Origin: Pelagomonas calceolata
Lineage: Eukaryota
Direction of reading: 5' to 3'
Assembly: GCA_918797485.1 (NCBI GenBank)
Contig: CAKKNE010000006.1
Span: 1,240,001-1,304,000 of the forward strand
DNA: 64,000 bases
In this document: one piece after another, positions 51,254 to 61,280 of the stretch
How positions within the stretch are numbered: position 1 is the first letter of the stretch
Layout of the letters: each line of letters starts with the position of its first letter
Position numbers and translations under genes: made by a program
Notes under the pieces: model-generated
Told to the model about the DNA's origin: nothing
What the model saw: only the letters and a program-made list of their open reading frames with translations
Database searches by the model: none

Positions 51254-52204
51254 TTAGTCGAGCGCCCACCCCGCCCGTTCAACAAGGTCGACGACAATCG
51301 CGTCCGCGTCGCCCTGGAGAAAGACGTCGCGCGGCACGGGGGCCGTCTCATTAAAGTCGAAGCCCCCACTCAGCTTCCCCATGGACGGCGGGAACGCCAC
51401 GTCCGGCTGGTGCTCGCCGACGCGGTCCCTGTTTATTAACACGCGCGGCATCGTCCCGAGATCGATGAGCGACGCAAAGGGGTGCACCTCCAGCGACGTG
51501 CCTATGACTAACAACAGCTCCGCTTCGTCGAAGTCCTCCCTTAACGACGCCCAGAACCGATCGGGCAGAGCTTCGCCGAAAAAAACGATGTCCGCCTTGC
51601 ACAGTCCGCCGTTCTGTGCGTTGAAGGCATCCGTCGTTCCTTCATAAATGGCTCTCCTGAGTGCTTCGGCGTCTACTTTCTCGCCCGTCGCTATACACGT
51701 CGCACTGTCGAAGTTCCCGTGGGCCGCCACGACGAACTCCGCAGGGACGCCTGCCGCTCGTTCCAGAGAATCGATGTTCTGGGTATAACAGCGTATCAAC
51801 TGGTTCTTATCCGCCAATAGTTTCACGAGCTTGTGCGCCTTTGTTGGACGCGAATCGTCAGTCGGCCACAAGGCTTTGGCCAACTCGTAGAACGGCTGCG
51901 GGTTCGTGCGGAAGAAGTCGAGCTCGAAGACGGCTTCCGGGTAAGGTAAACCACTAATTTCTAGAGTGTCGTAGAGCCCGGTTCCTGGTGTCCGGAAGTC
52001 GGGCAGGCCCGCCGCGACCGAGGCTCCTGCCCCTAACATCACCACACATCTTGCGCCGTCCTTGAGCAGTGTTGCCACTCCATCTACATCGCGTGTCGGT
52101 GGCAGCGTCGCTTGCGTGCGCACGAGTCTTCGAGCGCTGCTGGGAGCCGCGGCGCGGCAGCAGTAGGCGAGGGTGGCGGCTAGCGTTCTCGCTACTGCAG
52201 CCAT
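51254..52204 (-). CDS. NAD-dependent deacetylase, class I sirtuin (SIRT2/3-like)
   Basis: GAGASVAAGLPDFRTPGTGLY, YTQNID, AHG, DIVFFGE, GTSLEVHPFA and LINR. Confidence 0.92.
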   Translation of the reverse strand: MAAVARTLAATLAYCCRAAAPSSARRLVRTQATLPPTRDVDGVATLLKDGARCVVMLGAGASVAAGLPDFRTPGTGLYDTLEISGLPYPEAVFELDFFRTNPQPFYELAKALWPTDDSRPTKAHKLVKLLADKNQLIRCYTQNIDSLERAAGVPAEFVVAAHGNFDSATCIATGEKVDAEALRRAIYEGTTDAFNAQNGGLCKADIVFFGEALPDRFWASLREDFDEAELLLVIGTSLEVHPFASLIDLGTMPRVLINRDRVGEHQPDVAFPPSMGKLSGGFDFNETAPVPRDVFLQGDADAIVVDLVERAGWALD

Positions 52205-52540
52205 GCTTGCTCAGCGATGCGAGCTGTTGCAGAGCTGCGGCTGCGCAGCGGGAAATGCCCACTAATGGCGCCCGCAGCGCTCGCTTTCCAAAAGCTAATG
52301 CTGGCGAGCTAGCGTGCACAAGGCCGCTAGCCTTTCTACCTCGGGAGCACGAGCTCAGTAGTAATCGACGCTACGCTTATTTTACACGAAGCGTGAGCCC
52401 CTACGTTAGCGCTTTCACACCAGCATTCCATATCCCGAGCGTTGGTGGCCGCGCACGCGACGCCAGCACCTCCACCCAGCAGTGCACAAGTCCAGAAACG
52501 CGCCGCGCGCGACACCAGGCAGTGCCGCAGCCCAGGAACC

Positions 52541-53410
52541 ATGTCCCTGAAACGCGTCCTCGTCGGCGTGAAGCGCGTCGTCGACTACGCGGTGCGCGTC
52601 CGCGTCGCGGGCGACGGCTCCGGCGTCGAGCTGGCAAATGTCAAAATGAGCATGAACCCCTTTTGTGAAATTGCCTGCGAGGAGGCGATCCGCCTGAAGG
52701 AGAAGGGTGCGACGCGGCGTCCTGATCCTACGCGCGTCGTCTCCATCTTCCGATGACGTGGGTGGTCTCTTTGTCGATTTTGAGCCGATTATCACCACAC
52801 AGGTCTCTGCGAGGAGGCCGTCGCCGTCAGCATCGGCCCGAAGCAGGCCCAGGAGACGCTGCGATCGGCGTTGGCCATGGGCTGCGACCGAGCGATCCAC
52901 ATCACGACGGATGCCCGATTGGATCAAGGTGGGTTGGATCCGCTCGCAGTAGCTCAATTATTACAAAAAATAGTGGAGAAGGAGGAGCCCGACCTCGTGT
53001 TAGTAGGCAAGCAGTCCATCGACGGCGACCACGGCACTACTGCACCCATGCTCGCGGAGCTACTCGGCTGGTCGCAGGCCACCTTCGCGGCGTCCCTGAA
53101 CGTCGACGGCGGTACCGCAGAAGTGGAAAGAGAAACAGATGCAGGTACGGAGGTCATCAAGATCCAGTTACCTGCTGTCGTCTCCGCAGACTTAAGGTTA
53201 AATGCCCCGCGGTACCCGAAACTCCCGAACATCATGAAGGCGAAGAAGAAGCCGTTGGAGGCCATCGACGCGGCTTCCCTAGGTGTCGATTTGACTCCGT
53301 CGATTGTGGTCGAGGGGGTCGCGCCGCCGGCCGCGCGCAAAGCTGGAGTGACAGTTGAGAGCGTCGACGATTTGGTGGACAAGCTGAAGAACGAGGCGGC
53401 GGTGCTCTAA
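52541..53410 (+). CDS. ETFB: Electron transfer flavoprotein beta subunit; 2 exons (52541-52706, 52803-53410)
   Basis: [36 protein letters not shown] and [21 protein letters not shown]; 96-nt intron. Confidence 0.95.
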
Positions 53411-53435
53411 GTATGTACTATCTAGTCTCTACGGC

Positions 53436-54581
53436 TTAGGCGGAGCGGGCGCGGAGCACGGCTCGCGCCTCTTGCAGAGACGCCTCAAATCCTCCCGCTA
53501 CGACCGGGTGCGCACCTCCAAGCACGCGCCGCGCGATCCGTTCCGCGTCCTCGAGCGTCGTCACGGCCTCGCGGATGTCGTCGAGTGTGGCGCCGTCGGC
53601 CCTGTAGAGCGCCATCGCGTAGGCCCGCCTCAGCTTGAGCGTGATATCGTGACCATCGCCGAGAACGCGTCGCGCCACGGGCGTCGTTTTGCGCAGCAGT
53701 GCCTTGGCTTCTTCGATGCGCCCTAGGTCAACGAGCAAATTCGCCAAGTTACTGGCTACCGTAAGGGTATCACCGTGTTGTTCGCCATAGAGCTTCGAGA
53801 ACCCGGAATATACATCTCGTCGCATGCGCAGGGACTCGTCGAACCGTTCGACTCTTTGATAAGCTCTCGCAAGATTGCTATACAAAGTGAGCATGGTGTA
53901 TTCTGATGCCCAAAAGGCGCTGCCGCATGCCCCAAGGCGCTGCCGCATGGACAACTCAGCCTCATACACGGACACCGCGTCCTCATGGTGGTCTGCGGAG
54001 GCTAAGCCGTTTGCGAGCACCCCCATCGCCATGCCCCGATCCACGTCAGTCTCCGGCCGCCCCACGTACGTCTTCCAGCACGCCCACCCGAGCGCGCCTC
54101 GCACGACGCCGTGGTAGTCTTGCTCGCACAGACCACACGTGTGCCACCGCTTCCACCGCAAACTCTTCGCTTTCCAGTCCAAATTGTTCTCCTCGGCCTC
54201 CGCGACCAAAATCTTCGCCTGCTCCGCCAAGCACGACACGTGCGCGAAACCCGCCGTCCCGCGGCACGAGCACCCCCGCACGAGGCCCTCCTTCGTTTTC
54301 CAGTGGAGGGCCTGCGTGCAGATGAAGCACGTCTGACCTTTCGTGTCGTCGGCGCATTTCTCGACCGCGACGGCTACGGCCTCCGCGTGCTTCTTATTTG
54401 CGTTGTATTGTTCGGCGCCGCCAGCCTTTTTTATCTTCTTGCAGAGCTTGTCATGGCCGCCCTCTTCCCAGGATTTTTTCTGACATTCGGGCCCACAGTA
54501 GCGTGTGCTGCAGCGGCCGCATTTCTTGCCCAATGATAAGCCGAGCGGGGCAGCGCAGGCGGCGCACTGCGTGAGGATCAT
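53436..54581 (-). CDS. zf-MYND + RINGv + TPR protein (copy 2, intact)
   Basis: Same architecture as 10137-11270 and highly similar to it. Confidence 0.85.
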   Translation of the reverse strand: MILTQCAACAAPLGLSLGKKCGRCSTRYCGPECQKKSWEEGGHDKLCKKIKKAGGAEQYNANKKHAEAVAVAVEKCADDTKGQTCFICTQALHWKTKEGLVRGCSCRGTAGFAHVSCLAEQAKILVAEAEENNLDWKAKSLRWKRWHTCGLCEQDYHGVVRGALGWACWKTYVGRPETDVDRGMAMGVLANGLASADHHEDAVSVYEAELSMRQRLGACGSAFWASEYTMLTLYSNLARAYQRVERFDESLRMRRDVYSGFSKLYGEQHGDTLTVASNLANLLVDLGRIEEAKALLRKTTPVARRVLGDGHDITLKLRRAYAMALYRADGATLDDIREAVTTLEDAERIARRVLGGAHPVVAGGFEASLQEARAVLRARSA

Positions 54582-56325
54582 ATCTTAAGCACAAATGATC
54601 TCTGCGCGTTCCAAGGCTGCGAGGGTGGCGCACTGAAAACCAGCTAGCGGTGTGTAAGATACTAGCAAGAAACTCGGAACGCTCATGCAGCTGTTTGAGT
54701 ACCGTTCAGTTCGCTAATGGTCCAAAGAGATCAATGGGACACTTACTGGGGGACGAAAAAAGTAATTTTTTTAATTCGCGATATTGACGATCCCACCATG
54801 GCGGCCGCGTCGGTGGAAACCTGTCAATTCGTGGTCCTGAGGTCTCCCCGGGGCCGCTTAGGGTCGGTACTGTACACGTGCACTCGCCTACGCCGCATGC
54901 GTGGGCGCTTCTATCAGTGGATACATATCAGTACAGGTCCCCAGCAGAAGGCGGACCTGTCCCATGATCCCCCAGAGTTTTCGATCCAGAGCTCTCTGGA
55001 GAGCCCCAAGCTCTTGCGCATGCGGCGTAGGCGACTACCCGACCTTAGAGCTACCCCAGAGGGAGTCCGCGAACCGATCTACATCCGAAAAAAGTAAATA
55101 ATTTGGGCCCGATGGCGCCCCGTTCCCGTAAAAAACGTCAATTACCCGAGGCCCCCCAGTAGTCGCCGTAGCGGCCTCGTTGGACCCCATACTACCCCAC
55201 CGATAGTCAATTACGAGTATATGACATCTACGTTATAAGAAGGGTACTTTGGGCCGACCACGCTCGGGACGTGAACATCTTGATCTGGACCTCGCGCAAG
55301 TCAGTCGGTCATGAAACAAATGATCGCGTTATGGTCCATGGTGAAGGTACACGGGCTGATGGTCGCAGGTCCGGGATCTATGCCCCAATTAACGAGATCG
55401 TGGGCTCGCGAGTTGGCCGACCCGCGCCGAGCATCTTTGGGTCTCGGAGCAATGTAGTACACAATCAAGCCGGGTATCTGGCCCATCCCACAACTAAATC
55501 GCCTGAAACGCAAATTTATTTTGTAAACCACCGGTCTGGGGCCAATTCAGTGCCCCGCGTACGCACCGTCGTCCGCGGAGAACGGGCAAGTCGGTCGATT
55601 GTGAATAAAACAACGGCGTTATGGTCCATCTGGATAGTGGCGTCGCTGATACTCGCGGGTCTAGGTTCTAAGGCCCCCTTTGCTAAAAGTCATGGTCGCG
55701 AAATCTCCGTATCGCGAGGCTCCAACAGGCCATCTAATGTAGCTCAGTAGAGCCGAGGCGGCTAGGATGGCCTCTACCACCAACAAAAGGAAGGAAACGA
55801 ACATAAACTCGGGAGTTGTCTAGTAGAATTCTTTTCCCGCCCTCCGAGCGCGGGCCGTCGGCTCCGGTTCCGTCGATTATGTATGAAAACTGGGCTGGAG
55901 TTGATATGATGTACCATTTGAACGGTAGAAGGCATCGTCAATCGCTGGTGTATTTTGGCGAGCCGTAAGACTCATCCGCGAATGTCGCGGGCGGTGCCTT
56001 CCGGGAGGCGCGAAGGTATGTTTCCGGGCCGCTACTCTGAAATATTTGGTCTCGGCGAACGAATAGGATGTATTCTGAATTTGGGTCATTCTTTTGACGC
56101 TATTGAGGCGTATCTTTAAATTTGCTAATATGTCGTTTTACGCTAGGTAATGAAGAGGGCTTTGGAAGGCGTTTGGTCGAGCTAGGCTACTCGCCACCCC
56201 TCCACGCCATCGAGCAGCAGACTCATCACGGGAGACGTCGCGTCGATGGCGTCGCGAGGCCATACAGAGTAGCATGTGATTTTACGTATGATTTCCGGTT
56301 GGATTCTCTCGGGGGTTGGATTTCC

Positions 56326-56630
56326 TCAGGCGGGCCCGTGGTGGCCGACGCCGCGCGCCGGCCGCGCCGTCGCTGTCTTCACCACAACTTCAACCGCCGG
56401 CGCGTCCGCGTAGACGAGCGAGGCCTTCGGCGGCGCTTCGTCGACGGACGTGAGCGTGTCCTCGGAGAAGACGAAGGACTTGGTCGAGACCGGCTGCTCG
56501 AGGTCGAAGACCTTGCCGACGACGGCGAGCGGCGCCTCCTTCGTCGACTTCGCGAAGCGGCCCTCGCCGCGCCACCGAGCGAAGCAGCAGATGATCATGA
56601 CCCAGCTCAGCACGAACCTGCGCCGCTGGC
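56326..56630 (-). pseudogene. Orphan 3' fragment of a membrane-protein gene
   Basis: A coding-like GC3-rich stretch (TM tail plus cytoplasmic region to stop) abuts the headless gene at 56631 with no promoter or start. Confidence 0.45.
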
Positions 56631-57560
56631 GTGATCGCGGTCGAGGCGTGCGCGGACGACACGAAGGGCCAGACGTGCTACATCTGCACGCAGGCTTTGC
56701 ATTGGAAGACAAAGGAGGGCCTCGTGCGCATGTGTGCATGCCGCGGGACGGCGGGTTTCGCGCACGTGTCGTGCTTGGCGGAGCAGGCGAAGATTTTGGT
56801 CGCGGAGGCCGAGGAGAACAATTTGGATGACAAGCCGTTCAATGAGAGGTGGGTTCGGTGGCTCAACTGTAGTCTGTGCGAGCAACGATACCACGGCGTC
56901 GTGTGGTGCGCGCTCGGGTGGGCGTGCTGGAAGACATACTTGGGGCGGCCCGAGTGGGACTGGGCTCGGCGTGGTGCGATGAGCGTGCTTGGGAACGCTT
57001 TATTCGATGTAGAACGCTATGAGGACGCGCTGTCCGTACAAGAGGCAGAGTTGTCTATGGCGCGGCGCCTTGACGCATCAGAAGAACACATACTTGTCGT
57101 GCGGAGCAATCTTGCGAGCACGTATGAAGTGCTTGGACGGGATGAAGAGGCCCTGGTTCTGCGGCGAGACGTACACTCCAGGCGTGTGAACCGCGACGGC
57201 GAGGAACATACAACGACTCTCATAGCAGCCAACAACTACGCACTGTCCCTTATGCATCTACAACGCTACCAAGAAGCCAAGAGTCTATTGCGCAGAACTC
57301 TGCCCGTGGCGCGACGTGTTCTCGGAGACGATGATGAAACTACGCTCAGACTGAGGTGGTATTTCGCCGGAGGGGTTGTCGAGGATCCCGCCAGCACGCT
57401 CGACGATCTACGCGAGGCAGTGGCGACGCTCGTGGAAATAGAACGGACCGCGCGGCGCGTGCTCGGTGGCGCGCACCCGACCACAACGGGGATTGAGCAC
57501 CGCCTGCGACTCGCGCGAGCCGCGCTCCGCGCCCGCGAGACGCTGTCGGGGAAATCCTAA
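56631..57560 (+). pseudogene. 5'-truncated RINGv-TPR copy (MYND and ATG missing)
   Basis: Homology to copies 1 and 2 starts abruptly at VIAVEACADDTKG. Confidence 0.75.
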
Positions 57561-57571
57561 GACTAAAGAAA

Positions 57572-58498
57572 CTAGTACCCGCCCCCCGCGTACAACAGCG
57601 TCTTCGCCGGCTGCGCCTTCGGCGCCCGCGCGCGGACCGACGCCGCCGTGTTCACGGCTAGCAGCGCCAGGCGCGCGCGCTTCGCGTCCGCGCCGTCGCC
57701 CTCGGCATCCGTCCGGTCGCAGAGCGCGAGCCACTCCTTCAGGCCCGACCGCATTTCTTCCGAAGACGGTCGCAGCAACGAGCGCGCGGCGCACGCGGAC
57801 TCGAGGCATTCGACGGGCAACGCGTCGATCTCGCTCCGCCGTAAAGCCGCATCTCCGTCGACCAACCGCTCCATGCCCTTGCGCACGTGGCCCCGGTGCA
57901 TCCAGCGCGGCAGCCAGCCGTAGGGCCCATCTAAAGCGCGCGACGCCGCCTTGAGCGCGACTGATGGTAGTTCCTCGCCCTCGGCGTTCATCGCTATGCG
58001 TAAAGCCGCTTTCTTCGACGACGCTCCTAATACACCCTGGAGGCAGTTGACGTGTTCCAAAGAAATGTCGGCCGGGGTCTGCGCCTTCTTCTTGTCGAGG
58101 GCGGCTTTGTCGAAGGCGTCGAGCATCTTTTCCAGAGCTTGTTTCCGTCTTTTTTCCCCGTCGGCGAAGCGTCTGGCGCGCGTCACCGGCGTCTCGTAGG
58201 TCGACGGCAGCATGCCCGGGTAGAAGTACAAGGCTAGCGGCGTGTACAACTTCGCGTACAACGCGAGCCATAAAACAGAAAAGCACTTCCCGATGTCGTT
58301 GTTCGCGTTCTCGAGGCGGTCCCACTCCGGATACAGCAGGTTCACGCCGTCCTTGCGGCGCTTCCGTATCTTGTTCGCGGCCTTCTGCTCATTAACCAAA
58401 GCTTTCGTGCGACTCAGGAAGCCACCAACAGGCTTGGTGACGAAGGCGATCGCGCCGGCGTGCGCCACGAGCGTCAAGAGGAGGGCGAGGCGGGGCAT
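57572..58498 (-). CDS. Putative plastid LETM1-RBD-like protein
   Basis: Signal peptide + AIAF; YPGMLPSTY and DGDAALRRSEIDAL...LESACAARSL...LKEWL resemble the LETM1 ribosome-binding domain. Confidence 0.65.
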   Translation of the reverse strand: MPRLALLLTLVAHAGAIAFVTKPVGGFLSRTKALVNEQKAANKIRKRRKDGVNLLYPEWDRLENANNDIGKCFSVLWLALYAKLYTPLALYFYPGMLPSTYETPVTRARRFADGEKRRKQALEKMLDAFDKAALDKKKAQTPADISLEHVNCLQGVLGASSKKAALRIAMNAEGEELPSVALKAASRALDGPYGWLPRWMHRGHVRKGMERLVDGDAALRRSEIDALPVECLESACAARSLLRPSSEEMRSGLKEWLALCDRTDAEGDGADAKRARLALLAVNTAASVRARAPKAQPAKTLLYAGGGY

Positions 58499-58877
58499 GG
58501 TTGCGTTGCGCGCTTGCGTAAGGCGGTGCCGCGCTGCGGTTTCTCGTCGCGCCGCCGGCGTTTGGGCTGCCAATGGCAGCTATCGGCGACTGGGGTCTGT
58601 GTGCCTCTGGCGGCCGCGGTGCTCGCGATTGCGGCGTCCTCCTATGGTAGAGGAGGCGTACACGCGTAGCTGCAACTGGATATGCACCCGCTGCCGATTA
58701 TCGCGGCAGAAACGTCTTGGCGAGATGCAGCTAGCGTGCAGTAAGACACACTAGAAAAACCGACAGAGGTACGGATACACCGTAACATCGACTACCCTAG
58801 GTACGGATACTACTTGTAGTAGTTCTAGCACCGTAACATCATCTCATAATATACAATATATACAATATCACTTATCA

Positions 58878-61280
58878 TCACATACCTAGCGGACCCACAT
58901 AGGCGCTGCTGTGTGGTGGGACCGAAGACTTGCTACGGCTCCGCCGGCTCCGGTAGTTCGACCGCGCCGGGGCCTGGTACGTGTTCTCGCGCGGCAGGTC
59001 GCCGCTGGGGCAGCCCGACCAGTACTCGAGGAACACGCAGAACGTCGACCACGTCGCCTCGCGTAGGTCTACCACGAGTAAACGGTCGGGCTGGTCGGAG
59101 AAGAAATCCTGGACGCGCCGGTTGTGCTCTTCGTAGGCCTCGATGAACGTTTCGTTGTCGAAGCGCGTGACACCTAGCAGCGTCGTGTACGTTCTGATGA
59201 GCTTTTCCTTCTTGCTGGCTTTGACGGCCACCCACCGTTCCACGGACGCCCACCAGCTCTGGCTCTCCCGCACCGTAAGAATGAAACGAGCGTTCTCGTG
59301 CCGCTTGGCCAGCTCCTCGTAGAGGCGCGCGCCGCCGAACTGCGGTATTGCCGCCGCGCTGCACCAGGGCGAGTCCTCGAAGGCGCGCGCGGGCGACGCC
59401 GCCGCCGCGAGCGCGGGCTCGGGGTCGCCCTGCCGCACGAGCGCGCGCGAGGCCGCGACCCGAATCTTGCCCGGCAGGGCCGGCGTCATCTTGAGTGTGG
59501 ATAAAATCCGCTCCATCGTCGTCGTGCCCGTCTTCTTGAAGCCGATGACGAAGATCTTGCGCGACGCGTCGTGCTTCGCCGGCTTGTGCACGACGGCACA
59601 CGGCGACGTTGGTGAGCACGTCGTCGAGGACGAGATCTTCGCGCGACAGACCAAGTCCGGAGAGGCCTCCGTGAAGTTGAGCGGCCACGCCTCTCGCAGT
59701 ATTCCGTCTGCCGACGCGACCGCGCGCAGCGCGACCATGAGCGCCGGTTGATCCGGGGGTTGGGTGCCTCGCGGCCCACCAATGAGCCGATACGCGAGTA
59801 GCGCCACCGAGAACAGCGCGCGGCCGCGGGGCCCGTTGACGACCACGACGTTCGAACTATGTTGCACTGCCCAGGGATCCGACGTCCCCAGGTACTTCGA
59901 GGTCGCCATCACATCCCCATCTACACCAGCATCGAGGAGGCGCCGCATCGAGTTCGGCGCGCAGACCCGCGAGTCGAAGTCGAGGTAGAGCGTCCGGTCG
60001 AAGGGGCTCGCCGCGACACTCATCAGTTTGTACGCCTTGTACATGCCGTCCAAGCGCAAGGCTCCGGCGGCCATCTTCCGGATCGGCTCATTAATATCGA
60101 AGATGAGGTCGAAGAACGGTCTCAGTGAATCGGCGGCGGCGTGCAGCTCTGATTCGAGGTAGAGCGCGTATCCTATACGGGACCGTTCCGTCGCGTTCTT
60201 GACCCCAACAACGCGTTGTAAATGAGCGACCGCCGGCGCGACCTCGGCGGCCACGAAGCTAGCTGATCCCGCGGCAGCGAAGAGCACGCCCTCGCGCCGC
60301 TTCTCGGGCGCGAGCCGCGCCACCGCCGCGCGCCGCGCGACCGTCGCGGCGGCCACGAAGCGCCGCGCGTGGTCGACCGTGAGCCGCCCGTAGGCGCGCC
60401 GCTCCGAGGGACCCCACTCGCTCCTCGGCCCCTTCTTAGGGCCGGTGACGGGCCCGTAGCGCACAAATGACACGTCATTCATGCAGTGCGCCGCGTGCAA
60501 GGCCGCGTCGCGCGCGTACAGTGCTCGCACGTACGCCGCGTTGGCCGGTGCGAGCATGCCGCCATGCGATTTGTTCGGCGAGGCGTGGTGCGTCGTCGCC
60601 TCGGTGGCGGGCGGAGCTCGTAAATCCCAGCGCGCCGCGACGGCGCGGACGCCGGCATCCAACGCCTCGGTGCAGACGAAGGCGACCGCGAGCGACCCGT
60701 TGGCCCGCGGCTCGAAGCCGCGCAGGTAGTACTCCTCGATGGGCATGAGCCAGTGCTGCGCGTTCGGCGCGAGGCTGACGCGGAGCGCGGCGGCGTGTTT
60801 CGCATGTGTGACGTCGCGCAGCGCCTCCACGTAGCCGTCGACGTCGTCACCAAAAATGTCGGCCAAGTCTCGGTTCGCCCGTTTTTTCGCCCCACCGGCG
60901 ACGCGCCGCTGGAACCCGGACACGAGCCGCGCCGCGGGGTCCCGCAGCGAGATGACCACGCGGTCGTAGCCCGCGCGACTGGCGTCTCTTAGTGAACAGG
61001 CGTGGTCGTGGTGCGCCGCGGCGCCGGCCGCGGCCATGGTCCTCGTGACCGACTCGCTGCCGGTGCGCGCGATCGCCAGGTTCACGACGCGGGAGCGGCG
61101 GCCGCGAAGATGCCAGATCTGCCGGCAGTCCACCGCCGAGGATACTTTCGCGGAGAGCGTGTAGTTCGCGGTGGGCGCGGGAGGCCGGCGCCTCCTCGGC
61201 GTGGTAGGGACGCGTTTCCGGACCGTTTTCTTACCGGCGTGCGCGAGGCACAACAGCGTCGTTAGTGGCAGGAGCTTCAT
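58878..61280 (-). CDS. Secretory sulfotransferase - GT-A glycosyltransferase - sulfotransferase fusion
   Basis: Signal peptide MKLLPL; IARTGSES + LRDPAARLVSGF; SPFDRTLYLDFD...DQPAL...HK; IGFKKTGTTT...FILTVRE..SWWAS...YEEHN..V...RLLV. Confidence 0.8.
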   Translation of the reverse strand: MKLLPLTTLLCLAHAGKKTVRKRVPTTPRRRRPPAPTANYTLSAKVSSAVDCRQIWHLRGRRSRVVNLAIARTGSESVTRTMAAAGAAAHHDHACSLRDASRAGYDRVVISLRDPAARLVSGFQRRVAGGAKKRANRDLADIFGDDVDGYVEALRDVTHAKHAAALRVSLAPNAQHWLMPIEEYYLRGFEPRANGSLAVAFVCTEALDAGVRAVAARWDLRAPPATEATTHHASPNKSHGGMLAPANAAYVRALYARDAALHAAHCMNDVSFVRYGPVTGPKKGPRSEWGPSERRAYGRLTVDHARRFVAAATVARRAAVARLAPEKRREGVLFAAAGSASFVAAEVAPAVAHLQRVVGVKNATERSRIGYALYLESELHAAADSLRPFFDLIFDINEPIRKMAAGALRLDGMYKAYKLMSVAASPFDRTLYLDFDSRVCAPNSMRRLLDAGVDGDVMATSKYLGTSDPWAVQHSSNVVVVNGPRGRALFSVALLAYRLIGGPRGTQPPDQPALMVALRAVASADGILREAWPLNFTEASPDLVCRAKISSSTTCSPTSPCAVVHKPAKHDASRKIFVIGFKKTGTTTMERILSTLKMTPALPGKIRVAASRALVRQGDPEPALAAAASPARAFEDSPWCSAAAIPQFGGARLYEELAKRHENARFILTVRESQSWWASVERWVAVKASKKEKLIRTYTTLLGVTRFDNETFIEAYEEHNRRVQDFFSDQPDRLLVVDLREATWSTFCVFLEYWSGCPSGDLPRENTYQAPARSNYRSRRSRSKSSVPPHSSAYVGPLGM

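Noticed and set aside
58768..58870. Short direct repeats GGTACGGATAC, CACCGTAACATC and ATATACA
   Set aside because: Local slippage-type duplications in a 3' flank, with no further structure.
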